Source: an uncultured Actinomycetota bacterium
GTDB taxonomy: Bacteria > Actinomycetota > Actinomycetes > Mycobacteriales > CAVVZQ01
Assembly (NCBI GenBank): GCA_963752715.1
Contig: CAVVZQ010000005.1
Span: forward strand, 10,030-74,029
Reading direction: 5' to 3'
DNA length: 64,000 nt
The position numbers and the translations under genes are program-made. The notes beneath the pieces were generated by a model. It ran no database searches and had not been told where the DNA came from. It saw nothing but the letters and a program-made list of their open reading frames with translations. This document shows positions 48,175 through 59,880 of the stretch, in pieces. Each line of letters starts with the position of its first letter. Positions within the stretch are counted from its first letter, which is position 1.

Positions 48175-51100
48175 GTCGTCACCTGCTGTCCGCACTCCTG
48201 AAGCGGGCACGCCGAGCGAACCGGGCAGAAGCTGCAGTGCCGGTTGGCCACGGCGGGAAAGGTGGCCGCGGCCATCCCCGCGGCAGCCTCGACCACGAGG
48301 TTCGTGGCGGACTCGACAGCCTCGGTGTCCTCGGACAGCGGCGACTGGTGCCGCTCGGTAGCCGAGGTGCCTGACGTACGGACGTGGACCAGTGCAGCGC
48401 CGCCGGCACCGGCCGCCCCGTGGTCGCGGAAGGCTCCCAGCTCGGCGGCGAGCTGATAGGCGGTCAGCTGGGGATGTGACTCCGCCTCGGATCGCGACGG
48501 GACCGAGGCTCCGGTCTTGTAGTCGACGATGACGGCACGTCCCTGCGTGTCTCGCTCGAGCCGGTCCACGGTTCCCGTCAGGCGAGCCCGTCCCACGCCC
48601 ACGTCGAAGGCCACCTCGGTACCGAGTGGAGCCCCGGTACGGGACGCCAGCCAGCGGGCCAGCTTCCGCGCCATGTCCAGGGCGAGGTCCCGCTCGCGCC
48701 GGTCCACCCACCCCTCGCCGGAGCGGACGGCCGGCCAGGCCGACTCGAGCGCAGCCGCCAGAACGTCCTCGTCCACGGGCGTCTGGGCGACGGCGGCCTG
48801 ATCAGCGAGGGCATGGACCATCCGGCCCACCTGCTGTGCTGAGCTGGGTGGACGGCCGCCACCCGAGGACTCCAGAAGCCAGCGCAACGGGCACTCGCCG
48901 AACAGGCCGAGTCGTGACGGTGAGACGAACACCGGGGCGTCTGCCTCGACCAGCGGCGCACTGTCAGTGAGGGGCAGCAGCCCGTACCAGGAGTCCGGGT
49001 GAGCCCCCGGCACGCCGGCGTCGGCCAGACGGGCGAGGTGGGACGCCGCACGCCGGCGCTCTCGGTCCGAGCGGGCCTCGTCCGCCAGGACTCGTCTGAG
49101 CTGGGAAACCAGCGAACGAGCGGATGGTGCGGGTCGGTCGGGTGCCGACGGCCCGCTTCCCTCCCGCGGAGGTTCGGGATGGTCGTCAGCCGACTGGCGC
49201 GGGGCCGGAAGCACTGCACCTTCCATGTGCAGCAGCTCCTCGAGAAAGCGCGAGGGGTACTCGCCGTCGGTCTCGTTGCCCACTGCCGTGACCAGGAGAT
49301 GGCTCTCGGCGCGGGAAACCGCGAGGTAGAACAGCCGCCGCTCGGCGGCGAGCCTGTCGGCGACCGTCACCGGTTCGCTGCCGCCCCCCGCGTCCCTCAG
49401 ACAGGCGAGAAGGTCATCACCACTCAGGACGCCGCCTCGCCCTCGCAGGTCGGGCCAGGTCCCGTCCTGGACGCCCGCCACCACGACGACCTGCCAGTGG
49501 CGACCCTTGGCCCGGTGCACCGTGGTCACGTCCACGCTCTGAGAGGCCATCGCCGTGCCCACCTGCCCCGCTCGGACGGGTAGCCGGTTCGCTCGGATAT
49601 GGGACAGGAATGCTGTCGGCGTGGATCCGGGGCGTGAGCCGTCGAAGTCGCGCGCGAAGTCGAACAGCTCGACCACCGAGTCCAGGTCCCGGTCGGCTCG
49701 CCGGCCGGAGGAACCACCCGCCAGGCTCGCACGTTCCCATCGTGGGGCGAGACCGGAGGCATCCCAGAGCTCCCAGAGGACATGCTGTGCTCCCGTGTCC
49801 GCTGCGAGCTCCTCCCGGGTCCTGTCGACGACCCGGCGCAGCCGCTGGGCACCCGAGCGGAGACTCCGGGGCATCTTCGCCACCAGCGAGGAGTCGGACC
49901 AGACCGCACTCAGCTGTGGCGCCGGGTCCGAAGCGGCGACGTGGTCGGTCAGCCACCGCTGCAGCGCGGCGACCTGCACCGGGGTCATTCCGCCCACCGG
50001 GCCCACCAGCAGATCACGGGTCCGGAGGTCGTCCAGAGCCTCGGGGGAGATGGCAGCTTCGAGGAGGTCGAGCAGCAGACGCACGGCTGGCCTGCGCGCC
50101 AGGGGGACGGAAGGGTCGCTGAGCCGGACGGGTACATCCGCCGCGTGCAGCAGGCGGCGCAGGTCGGCTGTGCGCGCCTCGGAGCCTCGGACCAGGACGG
50201 CCATCTCGGACCACGCGTACCCGGCGTGGACATGGCAGCGATGCAGGTAGTCGGCGATGCGGGTGGCTTGGTGGGTCTCGTTGTCGGCGACGACCAGCTC
50301 CACGGTGGGCGTGCCGCCGCGTCCTGTAGGGGCATCGGGCGAGGTATCGAGTGAGGCACCGGGCGAAGCCTCGGGTGAGGTATCGAATGACGTCGGCGAG
50401 CCAGCGGCAGCGTATCGGTGACCTGCCGGACCGGGCAGCCGGGCGCTGACCGTCCCGACCACTCGCCGCAGGTGCTCGGGTCGAGCGTCGCGCGGTGTCA
50501 GGGTGACCACCGGAGCGGACTGCCGGCGCACGGTTCGAAACTGCGCCGGGAAGTCCCGAACAGCCTCGCCATGCGACCCTCGGAACCCGAACACCGCCTG
50601 GTCGGGATCGGAGAACGCGACGAGCGGGCGTCCGTCACCGCAGAGCATCAGGAGCAACCGTCGCTGCGCCTCGTTTACCTCCTCGTACTGCGCCACGATC
50701 ACCAGCTCGAGTCGGGACCGCTCCTCCGCCAGTGTCACGAGGTCGCCCGCCAGCAGCGCTTCGGCGGCTGTGACCATCTCTGCCTGGTCGAACGTCCTGC
50801 CCTCGCCCCGCAGCCCGAGAACACGCTCGTACTGCTCGGCGAAGTCCGCCACCGCGCGCCAGTCCTCGCGCGCCCGGGAGTGGGCGAGGCGTCGTATCTC
50901 GGTGGACGTGATCCCCTGTTCCCGCAGCCGCATGACGAGGTCGCGCAGCTCCTGGCCGAAGCCCGCGGTCGCGAGCGCCCCGAGCAGTCCGGGCGGCCAG
51001 TCGACCCCTTCACCCCGCAGGTCGCCGTGCAGCAGGTCCCGCACCATGGCGTCCTGCTCCGACGCTGTGAGAAGGAGAGGCGGCGCCAACCCCCGGGTGT

Positions 51101-51485
51101 GCGCGTCGCGTCGCAGGAGGTCGAAGGCGTAGGAGTGGAAGGAGCGCGCCAGCGGCTGGCGCGTGGTCACGGTCAGCCGTCTGGCGAGACGGTCGCGTAG
51201 GTCCGCAGCTGACTCGGCCCGGGGCGTCAGTACGAGCAGGCGCCGCGGATCGATGCCGTCGGCCACCCGGGCCCGCACAAGCTCCACCAGAGTCGTGGTC
51301 TTGCCCGTCCCTGCAGCGCCGAGCACGAGCAGCGGGCCTGTGGAGTGCGCGACCACCGACTGCTGTCGGGCATCGAGATCTTCGTCCGGCAGCCGAGCCG
51401 TCTCCGGGCCCGGAACCATCACCGGAACCAGCCGACGCTGCTCCCCGGAGGGGCTCCCCTGCGGTCTGGTCGGTCTCACACCCAT
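48171..51485 (-). CDS. adnA: AdnA helicase-nuclease subunit
   Basis: GAAGTGKT, DPDQAVFGFRG, ERRLFYLAVSRA, RecB-like VDRLE..IVDYKTG, QLTAY, Fe-S cysteines CPLRW and CSFCPVRSAC; start approximate. Confidence 0.9.
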   Translation of the reverse strand: MGVRPTRPQGSPSGEQRRLVPVMVPGPETARLPDEDLDARQQSVVAHSTGPLLVLGAAGTGKTTTLVELVRARVADGIDPRRLLVLTPRAESAADLRDRLARRLTVTTRQPLARSFHSYAFDLLRRDAHTRGLAPPLLLTASEQDAMVRDLLHGDLRGEGVDWPPGLLGALATAGFGQELRDLVMRLREQGITSTEIRRLAHSRAREDWRAVADFAEQYERVLGLRGEGRTFDQAEMVTAAEALLAGDLVTLAEERSRLELVIVAQYEEVNEAQRRLLLMLCGDGRPLVAFSDPDQAVFGFRGSHGEAVRDFPAQFRTVRRQSAPVVTLTPRDARPEHLRRVVGTVSARLPGPAGHRYAAAGSPTSFDTSPEASPGASLDTSPDAPTGRGGTPTVELVVADNETHQATRIADYLHRCHVHAGYAWSEMAVLVRGSEARTADLRRLLHAADVPVRLSDPSVPLARRPAVRLLLDLLEAAISPEALDDLRTRDLLVGPVGGMTPVQVAALQRWLTDHVAASDPAPQLSAVWSDSSLVAKMPRSLRSGAQRLRRVVDRTREELAADTGAQHVLWELWDASGLAPRWERASLAGGSSGRRADRDLDSVVELFDFARDFDGSRPGSTPTAFLSHIRANRLPVRAGQVGTAMASQSVDVTTVHRAKGRHWQVVVVAGVQDGTWPDLRGRGGVLSGDDLLACLRDAGGGSEPVTVADRLAAERRLFYLAVSRAESHLLVTAVGNETDGEYPSRFLEELLHMEGAVLPAPRQSADDHPEPPREGSGPSAPDRPAPSARSLVSQLRRVLADEARSDRERRRAASHLARLADAGVPGAHPDSWYGLLPLTDSAPLVEADAPVFVSPSRLGLFGECPLRWLLESSGGGRPPSSAQQVGRMVHALADQAAVAQTPVDEDVLAAALESAWPAVRSGEGWVDRRERDLALDMARKLARWLASRTGAPLGTEVAFDVGVGRARLTGTVDRLERDTQGRAVIVDYKTGASVPSRSEAESHPQLTAYQLAAELGAFRDHGAAGAGGAALVHVRTSGTSATERHQSPLSEDTEAVESATNLVVEAAAGMAAATFPAVANRHCSFCPVRSACPLQECGQQVTT

Positions 51486-51573
51486 AGGTATGCCATGGGG
51501 GTATGACAGATCCCGGGTAGCGTCGCCGCCGTGTCGTGGGTTGGTCCCGGGTGAGTCCCCGGTTGGTCCCGGG

Positions 51574-51747
51574 TCAGTCCTCGTCGTCGACTCGGGCCAG
51601 CCAGGTCGCCAGTCGGTCGACCGCGGTCTCGTGCTCGGGGTGCAGGTCGACGAACGTCCGCAGCTGCTCAGCCAGCCAGCGCAGGCTGACTGTCTCCTCG
51701 CCCCGACGGTCCATCAGTTCCTCGATGCCCTTGTCGGTGAAGTACAC
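51574..51747 (-). CDS. Small conserved actinobacterial protein (DUF6104-like), 57 aa, absent from the ORF track
   Basis: GTG 51747, MYFTDKGIEELMDRRGEETVSLRWLAEQLRTFVDLHPEHETAVDRLATWLARVDDED, TGA at 51574. Confidence 0.8.
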   Translation of the reverse strand: MYFTDKGIEELMDRRGEETVSLRWLAEQLRTFVDLHPEHETAVDRLATWLARVDDED

Positions 51748-51751
51748 CGCG

Positions 51752-54700
51752 TCACTCCGCGAAGGCGGAGTCGAGGAGCGCCGCCTGCTCGGCCTCGTGC
51801 ACGTGGATCGAGCCCACCGCGGCGCTCGCCGAGGCAGGACGGCTCACCCGGCGTACGGGAAGGCCATCGGCGAGCTCCGGCAGCCGAAGCCCGACGTACG
51901 GCCAGGCGCCCTGGTTCTCCGGCTCCTCCTGTACCCACCGGATCTCGGTGAGGTTGGGGTACTGGGCGATGGCCTCCTGGATCGCCTGCCGGCCCAGCGG
52001 GTAGAGCCGTTCGAGCCGGACCACCGCGGTGTCCCTCGCGTCGAGCGCGCGTCGCTTGGCGAACACCTCGTAGGACACCTTGCCCGAGCACAGGATGAGT
52101 CTGCGTACGCCGAGCGGGTCGATCGCTTCCCCGTCGATGCCCGGATCCGGCAGTATCGGCTGGAACTGACCCTCGGTGAAGTCGGACACCGCCGAGGCGG
52201 CGGCGCGCAGCCGCAGCATCGACTTGGGCGTGAAGACGATGAGGGGCTTCGCCCGCCGTCCGATCACCTGACGGCGCAGCAGGTGGAAGTAGTTGGCGGG
52301 GGTGCTGGGCAGCGCGACGGTCATGTTGTCGTTCGCGCACAGCTGCAGCCAGCGCTCGATCCGGGCGCTGGAGTGGTCCGGCCCCTGCCCCTCGTAGCCG
52401 TGCGGCAGCAGCAGCACCAGACGGGACTCCTGTTCCCACTTGGCCTCGCCCGAGCTGATGAACTCGTCGATGATCGTCTGAGCGCCGTTGGCGAAGTCGC
52501 CGAACTGCGCCTCCCAGATCACCAGGGCCTTGCGGTTGGCCAGCGCGTAGCCGTACTCGAACCCGACAGCCGCGAACTCCGACAGCAGCGAGTCGTAGAT
52601 GTGGAAGGGCAGGTGCTGGTCCGGGTCGAGATGGCGCAGCGGGGTCCACTCGACTCCCGTCACACGGTCCACGAGAACCGCGTGACGCTGCCCGAAGGTG
52701 CCACGACGGGAGTCCTGGCCGGCCATGCGTACGGGGTGGCCGTCCAGCAGCAGAGAGCCGAAGGCCAGCGTCTCGGCGAAGGCCCAGTCGATGCCACCGT
52801 CGTCAGCCATGGCAGCCCGACGCTGAAGCTGGGGCCCGAGCCGTTCATGCACGGTGAAGCCCTCGGGCAAAGTGACCTGGGAGTCCGCGATCCGCTTGAG
52901 GGTCTCCCGGCTGATGGCCGTCTCCTCCGGGTCGTCGGCGCGGTCCGTCGGGAACTCGGCCGGCAGCAGGGGTCGGGGCGGCCGGGAGCGCGCGTCCTCC
53001 CGGGTCTCCTGGAACACGATCTCGAGCTGCTTCTGGTAGTCCTGCAGCGCCTCCTCGGCCTGCTCGATGGAGATGTCCCCGCGGCCGATCAGCGTCTCCG
53101 TATAGGTCTTGCGCACCGAGCGCTTGGCGTCGATCAGGTTGTACATCAGGGGCTGGGTGAAGGAGGGCTCGTCGACTTCGGAGTGGCCACGCTTGCGGTA
53201 GCAGATGAGGTCGACCACGACGTCCTTGTTGAAGGTCTGGCGGAACTCGAAGGCCAGCCGGGCCACCCTGACGCAGGCTTCGGGGTCGTCGCCGTTGACG
53301 TGGAAGATGGGCGCCTGAACCATGCGGGCGGCGTCGGTGCAGTACACCGTGGATCGCGCGCTGGCCGGGGCGGTGGTGAAACCGACCTGGTTGTTGACGA
53401 TGATGTGCACCGTTCCGCCGGTACGGTACCCGCGCAGCTGGGAGAGGTTGAGCGTCTCGGCGACGACACCCTGGCCGGCGAAGGCCGCGTCGCCGTGCAG
53501 CAGCACCGGCAGGATCGTGTATCCGCCCTCGCCCTTGTTCAGCTCGTCCTGCTGGGCGCGTACGTAGCCCTCCAGGACCGGGTCCACCGCCTCGAGGTGG
53601 CTGGGGTTGGACACCAGGCTGACATCGACGCTGACCTCCTCGCCCGCACCGTCGGGCCCGGTGGTCGTCGTGAACACGCCGTGCTGGCCCAAGTGGTACT
53701 TGACGTCGCCGGAGCCGTGGGCGGTGCCGGGATCGATGTTCCCCTCGAACTCCCGGAAGATCTGGCCGCTGGACTTGCCGACGATGTTGGCCAGTACGTT
53801 GAGCCGGCCCCGGTGCGGCATGCCGATGCCCACCCCGTCCATCCCGCTGCGCGCCGCGTTGGAGAGGACCTCGCTCAGCATGGGGATGACCGACTCGCCA
53901 CCCTCCAGACTGAACCGCTTCTGGCCCACGTACTTCGTCTGCAGGAACGTCTCGAAGGCTTCGGCCCGGTTCAGCCGCATGAGAATGCTGGCGCGCTCGT
54001 CCGGGTTGACCTTCCATTGGACGCCCTCGACGCGCTGCTGGATCCACTCGCGCTGCTCGGGGTCCTGGATGTGCATGTACTCGACGCCGACGCGTCGGCA
54101 GTAGGCATCGCGCAGGATCGTGAGCACGTCGCGCAGCTTCATCATCCGCTGGCCGGCGAAACCTCCCACCGGGAACTGTCGGTCGAGGTCCCACAGTGTC
54201 AGCCCGTGCTCGGCGATGTCGAGGTCGGGGTGGCTGCGGACCTTGTACTCGAGCGGGTCGGTGTCGGCGAGCAGGTGTCCCCGTACCCGGTAGGCGTGAA
54301 TCAGCTCCATGACCCGCGAGCCCTTGGCGATCTGGCCCTCGCGGGTGGTGGTGACGTCCGTCGTCCAGCGGATCGGCTCGTACGGAACCTGCATCGACCG
54401 GAAGACCGTCAGGTAGAAGTCGTCCTCGCCGAGGAGAAGCTGGTGGATGCGGCGCAGGAACTCGCCGGACTGCGCTCCCTGGATGATCCGGTGGTCGTAC
54501 GTCGAGGTGAGCGTGATGATCTTGCTGACGCCGACCGTGGTGAGCGTCTCCGGGGCGGCCCCCTGATACTCCGCCGGGTACTCCATGGCGCCGATGCCGA
54601 TGATGGCGCCCTGACCCTCCATCAGCCGGGGGACGGAGTGCACCGTCCCTATCGTCCCGGGGTTGGTCAGGCTGAGGGTGGTGTCGGCGAAGTCCTCCAT

Positions 54701-55495
54701 CGTGAGCTTGTTCTGGCGGGCCCGACGCACGATGTCCTCGTAGGACTGCCAGAACTGCCGGAACGTCAGGGTGTCGGCGCGCTTCACCGACGGGACGACC
54801 AGGCTGCGCGAGCCGTCGGGGCGCTGCAGGTCGATCGCGATGCCCAGGTTGACGTGCTCGGGCTGCACCACCGCAGGCTTGCCGTCGACCATGGCGAAGG
54901 AGGAGTTCATCGCGGGCTGGTCGGCGAGCGCCTGGACCAGCGCGTACCCGATGAGGTGGGTGAAGGAGACCTTGCCGCCCCGTCCCCGTTCCAGGTGCCG
55001 GTTGATGACCAGTCGGTTGTCGGCCAGAAGCTTGGCGGGCACACCGCGGACGCTGGTGGCCGTCGGTACGCCGAGCGAGGCCTCCATGTTGGCGACCACG
55101 CGGGAGGCCGCGCCGCGCAGAGGTCGTACGGTTGCTCCCTCAGGAGCCGTCCGGACGGGCGTCGGGCCCGCCGGAGCCTTCGCCGCGGGGGCGGGAGCCT
55201 GGGTGGCGGGTGCGGTGGGTGCGGCGGTGGGTGCGGGCGCTGTCGGGCGCTGTGGTTGCGGGCCTTGTCGCTGCGGGTGCCGACGCTGCCGACGCTGCCG
55301 ACGCTCTGGGGCGGCCTGCTCTGCCTGCTCCTCGGCAGGAGCCTCGCGGCGGTAGTCGGCGAAGAAGTCGTGCCAGGCGGAGCCGACGCTGGAGGGGTCC
55401 TTGAGGAAACGCTGGTACATCTCCTCGACGAGCCACTCGTTCGGCCCGAAGTCGCCCAGTCTTCCCTCAGGGCCGGTGTTCGTGCTTTGCGTCAC
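51752..55495 (-). CDS. kgd: Multifunctional 2-oxoglutarate dehydrogenase E1 / decarboxylase
   Basis: [13 protein letters not shown]2-like [55 protein letters not shown]. Confidence 0.96.
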   Translation of the reverse strand: MTQSTNTGPEGRLGDFGPNEWLVEEMYQRFLKDPSSVGSAWHDFFADYRREAPAEEQAEQAAPERRQRRQRRHPQRQGPQPQRPTAPAPTAAPTAPATQAPAPAAKAPAGPTPVRTAPEGATVRPLRGAASRVVANMEASLGVPTATSVRGVPAKLLADNRLVINRHLERGRGGKVSFTHLIGYALVQALADQPAMNSSFAMVDGKPAVVQPEHVNLGIAIDLQRPDGSRSLVVPSVKRADTLTFRQFWQSYEDIVRRARQNKLTMEDFADTTLSLTNPGTIGTVHSVPRLMEGQGAIIGIGAMEYPAEYQGAAPETLTTVGVSKIITLTSTYDHRIIQGAQSGEFLRRIHQLLLGEDDFYLTVFRSMQVPYEPIRWTTDVTTTREGQIAKGSRVMELIHAYRVRGHLLADTDPLEYKVRSHPDLDIAEHGLTLWDLDRQFPVGGFAGQRMMKLRDVLTILRDAYCRRVGVEYMHIQDPEQREWIQQRVEGVQWKVNPDERASILMRLNRAEAFETFLQTKYVGQKRFSLEGGESVIPMLSEVLSNAARSGMDGVGIGMPHRGRLNVLANIVGKSSGQIFREFEGNIDPGTAHGSGDVKYHLGQHGVFTTTTGPDGAGEEVSVDVSLVSNPSHLEAVDPVLEGYVRAQQDELNKGEGGYTILPVLLHGDAAFAGQGVVAETLNLSQLRGYRTGGTVHIIVNNQVGFTTAPASARSTVYCTDAARMVQAPIFHVNGDDPEACVRVARLAFEFRQTFNKDVVVDLICYRKRGHSEVDEPSFTQPLMYNLIDAKRSVRKTYTETLIGRGDISIEQAEEALQDYQKQLEIVFQETREDARSRPPRPLLPAEFPTDRADDPEETAISRETLKRIADSQVTLPEGFTVHERLGPQLQRRAAMADDGGIDWAFAETLAFGSLLLDGHPVRMAGQDSRRGTFGQRHAVLVDRVTGVEWTPLRHLDPDQHLPFHIYDSLLSEFAAVGFEYGYALANRKALVIWEAQFGDFANGAQTIIDEFISSGEAKWEQESRLVLLLPHGYEGQGPDHSSARIERWLQLCANDNMTVALPSTPANYFHLLRRQVIGRRAKPLIVFTPKSMLRLRAAASAVSDFTEGQFQPILPDPGIDGEAIDPLGVRRLILCSGKVSYEVFAKRRALDARDTAVVRLERLYPLGRQAIQEAIAQYPNLTEIRWVQEEPENQGAWPYVGLRLPELADGLPVRRVSRPASASAAVGSIHVHEAEQAALLDSAFAE

Positions 55496-55732
55496 GTTCT
55501 GCTCGCCCGCCTCGTCACGCTCCGGCGCCCGGGGAGCCGGGAGCCCTCGACGGCTCAAGGCTAGTGGTTCTGCCCCAGTTCGCGATATCGACATCTCGTG
55601 TCCCCGGGTCCTCGACGGGCGAGCGAAGACCTGCATGTCAGAGGGCATGTGCCGAGCGGCGTCTGGTTGGCATCCGGTATGCGTACCCACAGACCTGCCC
55701 CGCGGCAGCGGTGTGGGGGGACGGCGTTGGAC

Positions 55733-56491
55733 CTAGACGTCGCGGCGCATCGTCGTCAGTGAGCCGACCACTGCCAGGCCGACCGCCCACGCCACGAAGA
55801 CCACGGCACCGGCCCAAGGCTCCAGCAGCTGGCCCTGCAGTGAGCCCAGGCGTGCCATCGCCGAGGCCGCACCGTTCGGCAGCCACCGCCCCACCTCGGG
55901 AACCAGGCCCGCGAGCAGGTCGCCGACGATGAGGAAGAGCACCAGGCTGCCCACGATGGCGGCGACCTGGTTGCGCACCAGGGAGCCGATGCCAACTCCC
56001 ATGGCGCCGTAGAGCGTGACGGCAAGCATCCCGCCCAGCAGTGCCATCGCGACATCGGAGGCGGGTATCAGCGAGGCGTACCCGCGTAGGGCGAGCACCG
56101 GCAGCCCGGTGGCCAGCGTGACGACCGCCCCGGCGACCGCGAAGGCAAAGCCGAGCAGCAACGAGGCGAGCAGCTTGGCCGCCACCACGACCCGACGCCG
56201 TGGCTGAATCATGAATGTCGTGCTGGCGGTACCGTGCCGGAACTCACCGGTGATCATCATGATGCCCGCGACCAGGGCGAAAATGTACGCCGACAGCGCC
56301 TGGCCGTACACGGCGTTGGCGGCCTCGGTCGCACTCAGGCCGATGTCGGAACCAGCCAGCTGGTCGCGACCGGTGAGAAACCCGAGCAGCATGGCGTTGA
56401 TACCCACGTAGCAGCCGGCGAGCAGCACCAGTCCCCAGGTGAGACGCAGCGAGAACACCTTGGTGATCTCGGCCCGGAGCTGGCGGGTCAC
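55733..56491 (-). CDS. ABC-2 type permease
   Basis: LRAEITK, TGEFRHGT...PRR..V..AK, about 6 TM, RRDV end; GTGA overlap. Confidence 0.88.
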   Translation of the reverse strand: MTRQLRAEITKVFSLRLTWGLVLLAGCYVGINAMLLGFLTGRDQLAGSDIGLSATEAANAVYGQALSAYIFALVAGIMMITGEFRHGTASTTFMIQPRRRVVVAAKLLASLLLGFAFAVAGAVVTLATGLPVLALRGYASLIPASDVAMALLGGMLAVTLYGAMGVGIGSLVRNQVAAIVGSLVLFLIVGDLLAGLVPEVGRWLPNGAASAMARLGSLQGQLLEPWAGAVVFVAWAVGLAVVGSLTTMRRDV

Positions 56492-57378
56492 GAGTCGTCC
56501 CGGGTGAGGCGCAGGAACGCGTCTTCCAGCCCCGCTTGCTCGGCAACCAGCTCGCTCAGCGCCACTCCTGCCTGCAGGGCAATCTGTCCGACGACGGCCG
56601 GAGTGGTCTCCGACACCCGCAGCGTCCCCGGTTCGATGAGCAGTGCGCTCAGTCCCTCCTCGGCGAGCGCGGACTGCAGGGGCTCGATCGTCGCCGAGCG
56701 CACGCGTACCGCACCGGTGAGGCTGTCCCGCAGCTCGGCGAGCGGGCTCGCCAGAACCAACCGCCCGTGGTCGAGGATGACCACGTCGTCGGCGAGCTGC
56801 TGGACTTCCGTGAGCACGTGACTGGAGACCAGCACGGTTCGGCCTTGGTCCGCGGTCCAGCGCAGCAGCTCCCGCAGCCAGTGGATCCCGGCCGGGTCCA
56901 GGCCGTTGGACGGCTCGTCGAGGATGAGCACGGAAGGGTCGCCGACCAGGGCGGTGGCCAGTGCCAGGCGTTGCTTCATGCCCAGGGAGAAGTCCCCGAC
57001 GCGTCGCTTCGCGGAGTCCGACAGACCGACGGTGGCCAGCGTCTGGGCGGCCCGGTCCCGGGGGAGTCCTGCCGCCTGGCAGACCGCTTCCAGGTGTCGG
57101 ATCGCGCTGAGGCCCGGGTGCGCGCCAGTGGTGTCGAGGACGGCCCCCACGACATGGGTCGGGTTGCCGATCTCCACGTACGGCTGTCCGCCGACCGTGG
57201 CGCTGCCGCTGGTTGGCTCCGCGAGCCCGAGCATCATCCGCAGCGTGGTGGACTTGCCTGCGCCATTGGGCCCGAGCAGCGCGGTGACCCGACCCGGATG
57301 GACGGTGAAGGAGAGCTGGTCGACAGCGACCAGGGCGCCGTAGCGCTTGGTCAGGTCGCGGGCCTCCAGCGTGAGCAC
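56488..57378 (-). CDS. ABC transporter ATP-binding protein
   Basis: GPNGAGKST, FSLGMKQR, ILDEP.NGLD, SSH. Confidence 0.94.
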   Translation of the reverse strand: MLTLEARDLTKRYGALVAVDQLSFTVHPGRVTALLGPNGAGKSTTLRMMLGLAEPTSGSATVGGQPYVEIGNPTHVVGAVLDTTGAHPGLSAIRHLEAVCQAAGLPRDRAAQTLATVGLSDSAKRRVGDFSLGMKQRLALATALVGDPSVLILDEPSNGLDPAGIHWLRELLRWTADQGRTVLVSSHVLTEVQQLADDVVILDHGRLVLASPLAELRDSLTGAVRVRSATIEPLQSALAEEGLSALLIEPGTLRVSETTPAVVGQIALQAGVALSELVAEQAGLEDAFLRLTRDDS

Positions 57379-57511
57379 ACAACCATCATGCCGCGCCCCG
57401 GTCCTTGGGGGCCCGAAGGCAGCGCGTCGTCACGCAACCGTTAGACAGGGGCTGCCGAATCGTGTGCCAGGTGGTCCCGGGGTAGTGGAACGGGAATCGT
57501 GGAACGGTCTG

Positions 57512-57583
57512 TGCCCCCGGCAGGATTCGAACCTGCGCTCCCGCCTCCGGAGGGCGGTGCTCTATCCCCTGAGCTACGAGGGC
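57512..57583 (-). tRNA. tRNA-Arg(CCG), CCA not encoded
   Basis: GCCCTCGTAGCTCAGGGGATAGAGCA-CCGCC CT CCG GA GGCGG-...GGTTCGAATCC..CGGGGGCA cloverleaf. Confidence 0.95.
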
Positions 57584-57685
57584 CCGAGGGCCAGTCCGAG
57601 AGTACCAGCGCGGCCCTGTCCGCAGGGGTCCCGCGGGATCGTCTGAACATGCTCCGGGACAAAGCCAGCGGGATAGGCTCGCCGC

Positions 57686-58063
57686 ATGTCGCAGGGGCGG
57701 GTGCTGGTCGTGGACGACGAGGAGGCCATCCGTCACCTGATCCAGATCAACCTGGAGCTGGAGGGCTTCGAGGTCCGTACCGCGGCGGACGGCGCGGAGG
57801 CGCTGGAGCAGGTGCGCGACTTCCGCCCGCAGGTAGTGACGCTGGACGTGATGATGCCCGGGCTGTCCGGGTGGCAGGTCGCCGAGAAGCTCATCGGGTC
57901 GAGCGAGACCGCGGACGTCAAGGTGATCCTGGTGTCCGCCCGGGCGCAGACGACGGACCGGGAGAAGGGTCAGGCGCTCGGCGTTCACGGGTACGTCACC
58001 AAGCCCTTCGACCCCGACGAGCTGGTCGCCGAAGTCAGGAGGCTGTGCCAGCCTGCCCGGTAG
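57686..58063 (+). CDS. Single-domain response regulator (receiver only)
   Basis: LVVDDE, LDVMMP, VSA, TKPF; 125 aa. Confidence 0.92.
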   Translation: MSQGRVLVVDDEEAIRHLIQINLELEGFEVRTAADGAEALEQVRDFRPQVVTLDVMMPGLSGWQVAEKLIGSSETADVKVILVSARAQTTDREKGQALGVHGYVTKPFDPDELVAEVRRLCQPAR

Positions 58064-58168
58064 GCCGCCGCGGACCGGGTGCGGATTGGTGCGGACGGGC
58101 TGCATGCAGCCGACCGAATGCCGACCCGCTGGGCCACAGGGCAGCGGCGTCGCGACTACCCTGGCCTG

Positions 58169-59872
58169 GTGACTCCCGAGGACCTGTCGTCAGCCGTGGT
58201 GGCCGCCATCCGTGCGGCCGTCGAGGCCGGCGAGCTTGCGGTGGAGGTTCCGCCCTCGGTCCCGGTGGTAGCTCCCAAGGTGAAGGAGCACGGCGACTTC
58301 TCCAGCAACGCCGCCTTGCAGCTGGCGCGGAGCGCGGGCAGGCCGCCGCGAGAGGTCGCATCGCTGCTCGCGGCACGGTTGCGGGAGGTCCCCGGCGTGG
58401 CTGCCGTCGACATCGCCGGCCCGGGGTTCCTCAACATCACGCTGGAGTCGGCGGCGCTCGGCGAGCTGGCCCGCGGCATCGTCCGGGCGGGTGCGGGGTA
58501 CGGCTGGTCTGACGACAACACCGGCCAGCACGTCAACCTCGAGTACGTCTCGGCCAACCCGACCGGCCCGATCCACATCGGCGGAGCCCGCTGGGCGGCC
58601 GTCGGCGACTCGCTGGCCAGGCTGCTGGAGGCAAGCGGCGCCGAGGTGACACGGGAGTACTACTTCAACGACGCCGGCGCCCAGATCGACCGCTTCGCGG
58701 CCTCGCTGGATGCGGCGGCGCGCGGTGAGCCGGTTCCCGAGGACGGCTACGGCGGCGACTACATCGTGGAGATCGCCCAGCGCATCCTGGCCAACGAGCC
58801 GGGACTGCTGGAGGCCGATCGGAGACAGGCCCTGGATTTCTTCCGTACCCGGGGCGTCGAGCTCATGTTCGACGAGATCAAGCGCTCTCTGGCCGACTTC
58901 GGGGTCGTGTTCGACGTCTACTTCAGCGAGCGCTCGCTGCACGAGGAAGGGCGCATCGTGCACGCCATCGAGGTGCTCAGGCGGCAGGGGCACCTCTACG
59001 ACTCCGACGGCGCCCTCTGGCTGCGGACCACGGACTTCGGTGACGACAAGGACCGGGTGCTCATCAAGAGCGACGGCGCGGCGACCTACTTCGCCGCCGA
59101 CGCGGCCTACTACGTACACAAGCGGGAGCGCGGGTACGACCGCTGCGTGTACATGCTCGGCGCGGACCACCACGGCTACGTCGCCCGCCTCAAGGCTCTC
59201 GCGGCCTGCGCCGGGGACGACCCGGACACCAACATCGAGATACTGATCGGGCAGCTGGTCAACCTCGTGAAGGAGGGCGTCCCGGTACGCATGTCCAAGC
59301 GCGCCGGAACCGTCATCACCCTCGAGGACCTCGTCGACGCGGTCGGGGTCGACGCGGCGCGCTACGCGCTGGCGCGATCCTCGAGCGACTCGCAGCTGGA
59401 CCTGGACCTCGACCTGCTGGCCTCACGCACCAACGACAACCCGGTGTTCTACGTGCAGTACGCCCATGCCCGGCTGTCCTCGCTGATGCGCAATGCGGCC
59501 GAGCTCGGCATCTCGCTGGCTGGTCCGGGACAGGCCGACTCCCAGACCGGCGCGCAGGCTCGCGCCGTGAGTGAGATCGACGTGGCGCTGCTCGGCCACG
59601 AGCGCGAGGTGGACCTGCTGCGGGCGCTCTCGGAGTTCCCCCGTGTCGTCTCCACCGCCGCGGCCCTGCGCCAGCCCCACCGTGTGGCGCGCTACCTCGA
59701 AGACCTCGCGGGGACCTACCACCGGTTCTATGACGCCTGTCGGGTGCTGCCGCGTGGCGACGAGACCCCGACCGACCTGACGTATGCGCGCCTGCTGCTG
59801 TGCGAGGCGACCCGGGTTGTGCTGGCCAACGGGCTGGGCCTGCTCGGCGTCCGGGCGCCCGAGCGCATGTAG
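58169..59872 (+). CDS. argS: Arginine--tRNA ligase
   Basis: [52 protein letters not shown]. Confidence 0.97.
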   Translation: MTPEDLSSAVVAAIRAAVEAGELAVEVPPSVPVVAPKVKEHGDFSSNAALQLARSAGRPPREVASLLAARLREVPGVAAVDIAGPGFLNITLESAALGELARGIVRAGAGYGWSDDNTGQHVNLEYVSANPTGPIHIGGARWAAVGDSLARLLEASGAEVTREYYFNDAGAQIDRFAASLDAAARGEPVPEDGYGGDYIVEIAQRILANEPGLLEADRRQALDFFRTRGVELMFDEIKRSLADFGVVFDVYFSERSLHEEGRIVHAIEVLRRQGHLYDSDGALWLRTTDFGDDKDRVLIKSDGAATYFAADAAYYVHKRERGYDRCVYMLGADHHGYVARLKALAACAGDDPDTNIEILIGQLVNLVKEGVPVRMSKRAGTVITLEDLVDAVGVDAARYALARSSSDSQLDLDLDLLASRTNDNPVFYVQYAHARLSSLMRNAAELGISLAGPGQADSQTGAQARAVSEIDVALLGHEREVDLLRALSEFPRVVSTAAALRQPHRVARYLEDLAGTYHRFYDACRVLPRGDETPTDLTYARLLLCEATRVVLANGLGLLGVRAPERM

Positions 59873-59880
59873 CGAGCACG

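Noticed and set aside
50670-50710. Degenerate Walker B (VAQYEE) in AdnA as a sign of pseudogenisation
   Set aside because: AdnA motor domains are known to be degenerate; the ORF and nuclease motifs are intact
55230-55320. Arg/Gln-rich stretch in the Kgd linker as a special motif
   Set aside because: Product of a 9-bp repeat in a variable linker; a neighbouring frame is Ala/Pro-rich, so compensating indels are possible but untestable here
51536-55564. 1342-aa plus-strand ORF, and other long antisense ORFs (3946-5364, 15145-17037, 41177-43345)
   Set aside because: Shadow frames of well-supported genes in high-GC DNA; no independent motifs
57380-57583. Integrative element at the tRNA-Arg 3-prime end
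   Set aside because: No integrase and no duplicated tRNA end seen in the window
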